In this document: piece after piece, positions 25,166 through 34,542 of the stretch
How the letters are laid out: each line of letters starts with the position of its first letter
Position numbering within the stretch: position 1 is the stretch's first letter
From: Eledone cirrhosa
Taxonomy: Eukaryota
DNA length: 64,000 nt
Reading direction: 5' to 3'
Assembly: GCA_964016885.1 (NCBI GenBank)
Contig: OZ024740.1
Span: 320,850,001-320,914,000, forward strand
Program-made: the position numbers and the translations under genes
Notes under the pieces: model-generated
Database searches by the model: none
The model's input: the letters and a program-made list of their open reading frames with translations, nothing else
Told to the model about the DNA's origin: nothing

Positions 25166-28100
25166 TGCCAACGCCTTCAGTGAGTTGTTTATTATTCCAG
25201 CACGAACCACAAGAACACATAACATGGTGGCAGCGATAAATACTTAATCGAAAACCGTGCCTTTACAACAAAACAGGAACACAATAAACCTGAAATTTAA
25301 CAAACTGAAAATCACTTCGTCTTCGTACACACACACACACGAGAATCCAAAATGGCGGCCCCTGTCGCCGTACAGATGAATCTACATCCGACCATGAACT
25401 GGGACGCCGATGATATCGTGGAAGCGTTCAAGAAATTCAAACAGAAAACTCAATTGGCTTTCAAAAGCTTCCTGAAAGGTACAACTACCGATGAAAGGGT
25501 AAGCTACATCCTTTTATGGACGGGAGAGAAGGGCCTAGACCTATTCAATAGTTGGGACATGTCAGAATCGGATTGCAATAATCCAGACACACTTTTAGAG
25601 AAATTTGAAAGGCACCTAGAGCCCAGATCAAACCATAGAATTCATAGGTACGAATTCCAGGGCCTGACACAAGACCCACAAGAAACAATTGACAACTTCC
25701 TATCCAGACTAAAGAATGTTGCCGAGAAATGCAGATTCAAAGACAAGGACGAAAGGATTGTTGATCAACTCATATGGGGGTGTGCTCACAAAGAAGTCCA
25801 GAAATCCCTCATAGGTAAAGACGCTCTCCAGTTGATAGAAGCAGTAGACACTGCAAGAGCATTCGAAGCCACTACCAAACAAATGGCCTCACTTACTTTA
25901 CAAACAAACACAATAGGCAGCAGTGTAGATATTGTATCCAAACATAGAACGAAACATACCCACAAACAGAGAACATGCCAGTACTGCGGTACAGAGCATG
26001 AGTTCAATGACCGGAGGAAATGTCCTGCATTCGGTACACACTGCAAAGCATGTGGAAAGCCCAACCACTGGGAAAAAATGTGTAGACTAACAAAATCTCA
26101 CAAATACAAGCCCCAGTTTCCACAGAGGAGCGGAAAGAGAAGACAAAGAGACATACATGCCCAACAACAGGAAGAAAACACCTCAGAGGAGGAATTCTTG
26201 GTAGTCGGCACAATAAATATACATGAGATGGGAAATGACAACCAGAAAAAAAATGAAGCATACACAACAATACAAATCCAAAAGACGTCGGGCAAGAAAC
26301 GAATAAACATTGACTTAAAGCTAAAGATTGACACTGGAGCCCAGAGAGATATCTTGCCTGTCAACCTCTACAAAAAGATGTTCCCAGAACACATGACACA
26401 AGAGGATAAAGTCAAAGAAGGAATCCTCACACCAAGTGATGTAATCCTCACTGCATACGGAGGTACCAGGATTCCACAACTGGGCAAAACAACCATTACA
26501 GGGACACACAAAGGAAAAATAATCAAGTGTTCTTTTTATGTCACAAGAACAGAAGGACCAGCAATTCTTGGATTTAATACCTGTCAAAGGCTTAATATTG
26601 TGTCAATCAACGGGGAAGTGAAGGCAGCTCCAAGCAGGATTGACAGAGATATGCCTATCGAAGACCGACCACCAATCACAAATAAAGAAGAACTGATAAG
26701 CATGTACCCAGAATGCTTTGACGATACAGTCGGGTGTTTTGAAAAATGTCGATACCATATAACAGTCGACCCCAATGCCAAACCAATTGTTCACCCACCT
26801 CGCCACGTTCCGCTGGAATTAAAAGAGAAGCTGAAAGCAGAGTTAGACAGAATGGAGAAGAAGGAAATAATCACCAAAGTGACACGACCAACTGACTGGG
26901 TGAATTCAATTGTAATCAAAGAAAAAGCCAATGGTACCTTACGAATATGTCTCGACCCAAGAGATCTGAACATGGCATTAAAACGAGATTACTACCCAAT
27001 TCCAACCCTTGAAGAAATCACACCATCATTAGCTGGATCCAAGATATTCAGCAAACTGGATGCCAGTAATGGGTACTGGAATGTAAAGATAGACAAAGAA
27101 TCATCGATGCTAACTACCTTCAACACACCATTTGGCAGATACCGATTCAACCGACTCCCATTTGGATTGAAGGTGAGCCAAGATGTTTTCCAGTGCCAAA
27201 TAGATGAGGCCTACCAAGGCTGCAAGGGAGCAATTGGGATAGCAGACGATATCCAAGTGCATGGCAAGGATGAGATCACACATGACTTCAATTTACATGA
27301 AGCTATGGAGAAAACCCGACAAGCAGGTATCAAACTCAATGTAGACAAGTGTGTGATCAAAGCAAAAGAGTGCAAATTTTTTGGAATGATATACTCTGCA
27401 GAGGGAGTGAAACCAGACCCCGCTAAAGTGGAAGCCATCAGTGACATCAGAGAACCCAAAGATAAGAAGGAACTCAGAAGCTTCCTGGGACTCATCCACT
27501 ATATGGGAGCCTTCATACCTAAGCTGACCGATCACACTGCAAACCTCCGAGAGCTAATGAAAGATGACATAGAGTTTGATTGGTGTGCTTCGCACACACA
27601 GGATTTCAATGCAATCAAAAAGCTCATCAGTAAGGAGACAACTCTGCAGTACTATGATAGATGCAAACCAGTAACACTCCAAGTTGATGTTTCTATGAGA
27701 GGAGTTGGTGCAGCATTGATACAAGAAGGTAAACCTATTGCATATGCCTCGAAAGCTCTCTCACCCACAGAGACAAGGTATGCAAACATTGAAAGGGAAC
27801 TCCTGGCAGTAGTATATGGCTGTGAAAAGTTTCACACATACCTGTATGGCAGATATTTCAATGTTGAGTCAGACCATCGCCTGCTAGAACAAATATTTAA
27901 AAAAAACCTCACAAAAGCACCAGCCAGACTGCAAAGGTTACTGTTGAGGCTCCAAAAATATGACTACAATATCAGGTACAAGCCAGGAAAGGACCTGATA
28001 TTGGCGGATGCTCTTTCCAGACTATCCTCACATGATAAACAGGAAATGGAAGGACTAAGTGTAAAGGTCCACCACATTGTAAATGTGACAAACACAAAGC

Positions 28101-28450
28101 TGGAACAAATCAAAGAGGAGACCAGCAAAGATGAAGAACTCCAGCTCCTTACTCAGATGGTGATTCAGGGGTGGCCAGAGAAGAGACATCAGGTGCAGCC
28201 CCTCATTCGTGAATATTGGGCCATCCATGATGACATATCAGTGGAGAATAGAATCCTGATGGCTGGATCCCGAATAATTATGCCCAAATCAATGCAAAAA
28301 GAGATTCTTGTCAAGATCCACCAAGGACATCTGGGAATGGAAAAATGCAAACTCCGCTAAAACATGCCAAGTAAATAAACACGTACAATCATGCCAACGC
28401 CTTCAATGAGTTGTTTATTATCCCAGCACGAACCACAAGAACACATAACA
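25166..28450 (+). mobile_element. Ty3/Gypsy element with 59-bp terminal direct repeats, integrase truncated
   Basis: TG...CA repeats at 25166-25224 and 28392-28450 (2 mismatches), TSD CATAC at 25161-25165 and 28451-28455, PBS TGGTGGCAGCG at 25225-25235 (complementary to the tRNA-Leu 3' end). Confidence 0.92.
25352..28360 (+). CDS. gag-pol polyprotein (gag with 2 Cys/His knuckles, protease, RT, RNase H, start of integrase Zn domain)
   Basis: 1002-aa uninterrupted ORF: CQYCG..H...C, CKACGKPNHWEKMC, IDTGA, LDASNGYW, IADDI, QVDVS, ERELLA, ESDH; ends at IHQGHLGMEKCKLR. Confidence 0.92.
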   Translation: MAAPVAVQMNLHPTMNWDADDIVEAFKKFKQKTQLAFKSFLKGTTTDERVSYILLWTGEKGLDLFNSWDMSESDCNNPDTLLEKFERHLEPRSNHRIHRYEFQGLTQDPQETIDNFLSRLKNVAEKCRFKDKDERIVDQLIWGCAHKEVQKSLIGKDALQLIEAVDTARAFEATTKQMASLTLQTNTIGSSVDIVSKHRTKHTHKQRTCQYCGTEHEFNDRRKCPAFGTHCKACGKPNHWEKMCRLTKSHKYKPQFPQRSGKRRQRDIHAQQQEENTSEEEFLVVGTINIHEMGNDNQKKNEAYTTIQIQKTSGKKRINIDLKLKIDTGAQRDILPVNLYKKMFPEHMTQEDKVKEGILTPSDVILTAYGGTRIPQLGKTTITGTHKGKIIKCSFYVTRTEGPAILGFNTCQRLNIVSINGEVKAAPSRIDRDMPIEDRPPITNKEELISMYPECFDDTVGCFEKCRYHITVDPNAKPIVHPPRHVPLELKEKLKAELDRMEKKEIITKVTRPTDWVNSIVIKEKANGTLRICLDPRDLNMALKRDYYPIPTLEEITPSLAGSKIFSKLDASNGYWNVKIDKESSMLTTFNTPFGRYRFNRLPFGLKVSQDVFQCQIDEAYQGCKGAIGIADDIQVHGKDEITHDFNLHEAMEKTRQAGIKLNVDKCVIKAKECKFFGMIYSAEGVKPDPAKVEAISDIREPKDKKELRSFLGLIHYMGAFIPKLTDHTANLRELMKDDIEFDWCASHTQDFNAIKKLISKETTLQYYDRCKPVTLQVDVSMRGVGAALIQEGKPIAYASKALSPTETRYANIERELLAVVYGCEKFHTYLYGRYFNVESDHRLLEQIFKKNLTKAPARLQRLLLRLQKYDYNIRYKPGKDLILADALSRLSSHDKQEMEGLSVKVHHIVNVTNTKLEQIKEETSKDEELQLLTQMVIQGWPEKRHQVQPLIREYWAIHDDISVENRILMAGSRIIMPKSMQKEILVKIHQGHLGMEKCKLR

Positions 28451-29117
28451 CATACAATGTACAATTCCATGTATTATATCTTTCACTTTCATTGGATTTC
28501 ACTTTACGGATATAAACGACGGGAGGAACTATAGGCAGGGTTCACCGCGTGCTGAGACGCAAACTTTCACTTTTGACAGACAAAAACAAACCAGTGCCAT
28601 ACAGGTATTAAATTAAAAAATTCTAACCACCCCAAAACCAAAAAGCCCAGCTGAGGTCAGAAATAAATTGATACGGCCGTTGCTGGTGCCCCCTCCCCTC
28701 AATGCAGCCCCCCCCCCCATTTAATCTGGTCCTAGTTATGTAACCGATTTCACCAAATAGCTGACACCTAATTTATTGTCTTTGAATTCGAAACCAAATG
28801 GGACTATAATTAAATTATGAAAATATAAAATTGTAGTATCCTTCAATTTTTACAAACAAACGAATTTCTCATTCAGTAGTATAACAGAGATCTTAAATGT
28901 ATCCTCGCAAAAACCAAAGTTATAGAATTAACTATCAAATTCTAAACATTTCAATAAAACAAAAATGAACATAGCAATATCAACAATTAAAAAAATAAGT
29001 GTGTAGAAGTAATATATGAAAATAAATCATGAATTAGAAATATATCATGGACCGGGTTATTTCTAAATAATGCACCGTTCCATTCATGTGTATTAAGGAA
29101 AATTTAATTTAAACCAA

Positions 29118-30080
29118 CTAAAACTTATAACCCATCAGATACATTATCCAAGAAGGAACCTTTAGAAAACCGGGAATCCATGCAGCGTTATTTCTGGATA
29201 TTTTAAAAACGTAAGTTGCAATGGATCTCAGTGAGCGTAATGACCACGGCTTCCTGCCATCGATATCAACAAAATTATATTCGTCTGCCAGATCACCTGT
29301 CAGTAGTATACGTCCAGATTTCTTCATCAGATTTGCACTGTCACACATAATACTAACTATGCATTTGCCGCTTAATTCGGTTGATTCTCCGCTTAGAAAA
29401 CTATCTTTGTAGTCATTAAATCCTTTTGGAATATCTGTTGTATTGTAGTAGTCACGCAGTCGTTCAGTCTTGACAAAGCCAGGCCACAAACTGACGCAAG
29501 CTACTTTATGTTTTTTAAGTTCATGGGCGAAATCAACTGCCATTCTGTCGCAAGCTTCTTTACCCACTCCATAAGCAACATTGAACGTGTAGCTTAGTCC
29601 ACCACCCGAAGATACAATGACGATGAGACCAGATTTTCGAGCAACCATCATCTTAGCAGCATGCACGGAACAGACGTAATGGTTACGAAGTCCAACATTG
29701 TTAATATCGTCCCACAAACTGATTGGTTGTTCCCAGAACGGTTTGGTAGCTACATCAATTAAAGAATTAACACCTGAATAGACATTATTTACCAACAAAT
29801 CCAGTCGTCCGTTTTGTTCAGAGTTTATCTTAGCAAAAAGCCGTGCAATGCCATTGTCTTTGCTGTGGTCAACCTGGACTGCAATACCGTGTCCGCCTCG
29901 TCCGTTTATCTCTTCAACTGTTTCGTCTAGTGAACCGAGGCTTTTTTCAGTTTTGTGTAATGTTCGCCCAGTTACATAAACCGTAGCACCAGCCTCACCT
30001 AGTTGGACAGCGATACCTTTTCCAATCCCTGTCGATGCTCCAGTCACAAGAGACACAATTCCAGACAAAGGCTTAGCCAT
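29118..30080 (-). CDS. DHRS1: dehydrogenase/reductase SDR family member 1-like, copy A (intronless)
   Basis: TGASTGIG, GRLDLLVNNVYSG, FWEQP..WDDINNVGLR.HY.CS, YGVGK, VSLWPG.V.TE and ESTELSGK, all characteristic of DHRS1; complete 320-aa ORF. Confidence 0.93.
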   Translation of the reverse strand: MAKPLSGIVSLVTGASTGIGKGIAVQLGEAGATVYVTGRTLHKTEKSLGSLDETVEEINGRGGHGIAVQVDHSKDNGIARLFAKINSEQNGRLDLLVNNVYSGVNSLIDVATKPFWEQPISLWDDINNVGLRNHYVCSVHAAKMMVARKSGLIVIVSSGGGLSYTFNVAYGVGKEACDRMAVDFAHELKKHKVACVSLWPGFVKTERLRDYYNTTDIPKGFNDYKDSFLSGESTELSGKCIVSIMCDSANLMKKSGRILLTGDLADEYNFVDIDGRKPWSLRSLRSIATYVFKISRNNAAWIPGFLKVPSWIMYLMGYKF

Positions 30081-30548
30081 TGCGCTAGTTTCAAGTATAT
30101 ATTTAGTATAAGTTATACAAGAAAACGAATGAGTTACCGTAAATTTAACCGGTGTTATGTGAATATTGTATTTTCTTCGTTTTATACTATTTTTTAATCG
30201 TAAGTATGGAAACCAAAAATAGAAACAAACTTTAATACACTAATTTTCTTTCCTTTCCATAAAGTATTGTGGGTAAATTCGCGTATTGTTGTAGAATTTA
30301 AACTTTGCATTTGTAGATTTGGCTTTTAACGAAATCGAGATATATAGAGATAGGATCCATCCATTCAAATTGGTGTAAAGGTAGTTAACATCAACATACA
30401 AAAGAGAATTGATTGATAAGGAGGGATTGGAGGTTTCTAATACATCGGAATGGGGGCAGGTTGTCGGTCACTAGATGTTACTAATAAAAACCCGTTGGAT
30501 TGCTAACATGTCCTGATGTGACTTTTTTTAGAAGTAGTACCACTGAGT

Positions 30549-30617
30549 GATTTACCGTGTCTTAATTCATGGTGATTTACCGTGTCTTAATTCATGGTGA
30601 TTTACCGTGTCTTAATA
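30549..30617. repeat. 25-bp unit tandem repeat (~2.8 copies) upstream of DHRS1 copy A
   Basis: tgatttaccgtgtcttaattcatgg repeated; single copy in the paralog at ~36489-36512. Confidence 0.9.
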
Positions 30618-30699
30618 TATTATTTTTCAGGGAGGAGTTAACTTTTTAAATGTCTCAAACACGTCAAATAAGGGACACAGTATGAATATATAAATACAC

Positions 30700-31740
30700 A
30701 ACACTATATAATATACAATATATACACACAAAAATATACAATCAAAGCGAGAAATAAAACAAAAACAAGTGCGTCAACCGGTCACACACCTCAATGATCA
30801 TCGAAAATGTTTGAGACAAGCTAACACAGCATTACCGCGGGTGATGGCGATGCTAAGGCGCTGAAACAACCAAGCACTGTCACGGGCATCACCTGATATC
30901 TCGATAAGGCGAGCCGCCAACAATGACAAGAACTTCGCTGTCAGTGGCGCAACTACACCAAATGTCTCGAATTCCACAGGTTGAAAGAAATGGTTTGCCG
31001 ATAAGTCCCAGATTTTATTCCATTCGGCTACAGAAGCAGTGACTCTCACATTTACATTTACCGCGTCATCCATGATGTGGGAGGGAGTAAAAGAGTCACT
31101 GACTGTGGTGTCCCAGATGAGACATCTATGTGTTACACAGGGACATTGGGTAACACTATATGCTCGCTTCCCATCACTTCTGGATAAGCCAACCGGCTCC
31201 AGAAGTAAGAGGATATTTACCCGAACCAGTGCCTGCTTGATGATCAGGTTTAGCTCGGTGTGGTGGGTGAAGCAACTAGTATTCAGGCAGTAAGACAAAG
31301 CATGAAAGCATGTGGAATTGAGGATCCTACATCTCAGCCCCCCCCCCCCCCCCCCCAAACACACACACAGACATCATTCCCCACACTCTGCGTGCAATGG
31401 AGATGCGGAGCTTATCTAGACAGGAAAGACGACCACCAATGTTGGCCACAGGGACGGCATCAACCAAATTCTCCGGGAATTTTGCGCTTGCAGAATGTAG
31501 GTAACAGTTTGAAAATTGATCAGAGAGTTGAACGTGTCACTCAAATGCAGATTGTCCCATACTCTATGCGTTCATCTGTATCAGGAACTGACAAACCTAG
31601 CTCGCTCCACTATAGTAGAGCTTCATCCATCTCTCTGTTGGCACTAATCCATGTTGGAAAGGAGAGGCTGTTACCTGCCAAAGAGGAAGCGTGGGTAGAG
31701 GAAAGGAAACAAAGAAGAGACAAACATTTACACAGACCTG
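30700..31740 (-). mobile_element. CRE-clade non-LTR retrotransposon 3' fragment (restriction-like endonuclease)
   Basis: H.ELN.IIK.AL...LEPVGLSRSDGKR...LIWDTTV...FQPVEFETFG...WLFQRLSIAITRGNA. Shorter paralogous copy at 36600-37260. Confidence 0.75.
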
Positions 31741-32936
31741 TACGTCTCCTGCTAATCAGTTTGCTTGTAAAATCTGTCCAGCAATTCTTTCCTTAGACAT
31801 TCTAACCACATGTCTGTAGTACCGGAGCTATTATTTCTCAATTCGGAAAAGTAGCGCCTCTCTGTGCTCCAAGCTACGCACTCTTTATATATATACATAC
31901 ATATATATACGCTTCATAAAAGCTATCGCAGTGTTGTTAAACATTCAACTGATACTTTGATCTATCGTTTAAGCCGATCCTAGACTTCTGTGGGACGTCA
32001 CTCTCTGTAACACTTTAATTGTATCTCCCTCTCTCTTTAGATGTGTGAGTGTGTTCGTTATGTCAGTCGTCACAGAAATGTATGTATACTCACACACATA
32101 TACTCGTCAGTCAATACATATGTAGGTGTGTGTGTGTTTAATTCTGTGTGAAGATAATGGTGTATGAAACTTACTAAGGCCTAACATAAGTAACGAATAC
32201 GCAAACACACTCATATACAAAATGTGACGTCGTCATCGTCGTTGTGGTGTTATAAAATGTCGTGATTATAGAAAATTTTAGATAAAATGTTATATCGTTT
32301 TAATCTAAATGAAAATAAAAATTACATGTTAATCCCGGGTAAAATTTGATTTGATTTGATTGGTCGAACCGTTTGAGAATGCATTAGGAAAGAGACAGGG
32401 AGACAAAGAATTTTATATATAGAGAGATAGAGATTAGGTGTTGAGGTGATAAATTACTTTGTAGTGAATATAGGCAATTGTCAAGTTAAGAGTACTCAAA
32501 CTATAAAGTCATATAAAAATATCAACTTATGGTGTGAGTAGATTATGCCTGGAAGGAAGGTTGGTTGGTAAGAGAAGCAGAGGCCGGCAGCGAAAACGAT
32601 GGCTTGATAATGTCAACCTATGAACTGGACTTGATCTTTGCTCTTTAAACTCTGCTGGTGGTGATCGAACTTTGTGGAGAAAAATATCTCATGTTGATGT
32701 GTAGTCTGCAACTGAAGGAGTTTAACCTCAAAGTAGTATGCAAGAGAAATTTTATATGTGAGGAAACCAGAACAAAAAAAGACAGTGCATAATGGCTTGC
32801 ATCAAAATATTCCATTGACTTTTGCGATTTGCGGCCGATTGTTGCACTTTGGTGAATTGATTAAATCGACGACCTTATAATTGCTAGCCTTGAACCTAAA
32901 GTAGAAACAATTATATTTTTAATGTTATTTATGTAC

Positions 32937-33531
32937 TAGCCGAATTACCCGCGCCTTGCTGCGTTTCACACATTTTTTGTAAGAAAATGATGATTGATTT
33001 TAAAATTAGTGATATAGTTTATGGAGAAAAACTCTGCATTTCAATATTACTCAATGTAAAATGTAATGCATGAAAAATTGGAAAACATTTTTTGTAATAT
33101 ATCAAATCAAAATTACATTATTACTCGAGGTTAACTTTCATCCTTACGGGGTCTATAAAATAAAGTACCAGTAATGTACTGGTTAATTTGCTGGCTTTGT
33201 GCCAAAAGTAGAAACAATTATTAAGTCCTATTCGTATTTTGTTACTTGTAAATCATTTTTTTCAAAATATCAATTCAAAACTTTTGTGAATAGGCATCAT
33301 ATCTTGTCATTTACCTATGGTTTAAATTTCATATAAATCGAAGGGTAAACATTTTCAGCGGGGATTAGTGCCCCCGGGGAACCCTTTCATTGAATTGAAA
33401 TATACTTATCCAAGTACCCTGGGCAATGTAGTTTCAGAATATATACGGTTATGGGTGTATCTCCAAAACCATTGCAGGAGTTCGTGAACCAACAAAAACA
33501 AAAGAAAAAACAGACAACTTTATCTATATAG
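32937..33531 (-). mobile_element. non-autonomous Helitron (with SINE insertion)
   Basis: Reverse strand has a tctatatagataaag 5' end and a gcaaggcgcgggtaattcggCTAG|T 3' end. Confidence 0.6.
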
Positions 33532-34542
33532 ATATCATCATCATTGTTTAATGTCCATTTTCCACGCTAAAGTGGGTGAGACGGGTTGTCCCATTAGAGT
33601 TTTTGGTCATCTAGAACTATTTCTGGCTAGGTTTCTACGGATATATTATTTAATAAAAACAGACAAAATAAAACCAGTTAGTCCACTTGGTGGTGAATTG
33701 TCTCAACCTCCCCCCCGCCATTTGTCATTACTGTTCAATGAATTTATTATATTTTCATACCAACTGTCCATGAAGAAGCAAGGAAGACTGTATGCAAAAT
33801 TAGAATCTCTTTTATTTTGTCAACATCAACTTGACATTACATAGAAAAAGATGGTGCACACAATAACGCAAATATTAATTACAATAAAAAAAAATAGAGG
33901 ATGAACGAATTTGTTAGTCTTAATAACTAGGTTAAATAAATATCTTGTGAGTGCATAATTCTCTTACATCTAACAAACATGCACACACTCCTATATCAAG
34001 AGATATGTGACTTTTTTTAATATTAGTATGTAAACACAATTTGGGTAAATCTATGTGCTTTAAGCATTTTTAATAAAGTAAATCTTATTAAACAATGAGA
34101 ATAAACAATTTTGATGTCCCTGACTTTTTTTTCATATCAAACAAAATAAATGTAATATTCAGTTCTGTTTCTGACACCTAGTGGTGACCGATTGACACTG
34201 TTGACTTAATATTTACTTCGGTTTGAAGTATTTTCATGTAAAATATTTATGTGATTAAATAATATATGTATATATGTGCGTGTTGACTTAACAGCTATAG
34301 TATTTATAATTTCAAGCTATCTATATTGTCAGCATATTTGCTTGGGGAAAATGTACATTGTTTATTTCGATTAATTTGGTTTATTATTATCTTACGTAAG
34401 ATTGATATTTTTGCGACATACAAAATCCAAACTTTGTGGTGTCGACGTAGTTATTTAGAGTTAGATTTAGACCTTGGGGGCTCTTCATATACACGCACAA
34501 AAAAAAAAAAAAAAAAAAAAAATAGATTACACAACAAACCCC

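Larger units (their letters stand above)
24222..28598. mobile_element. Merlin-like MITE (~215 bp of own sequence) carrying two nested insertions
   Basis: 47/49-bp TIRs GGCACTGGTTTG... at 24222-24268 and 28550-28598; 8-bp TSD ATACAGGT at 24214-24221 and 28599-28606; empty site at 34593-34600. The Merlin label rests on GG termini plus an 8-bp TSD. Confidence 0.85.
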
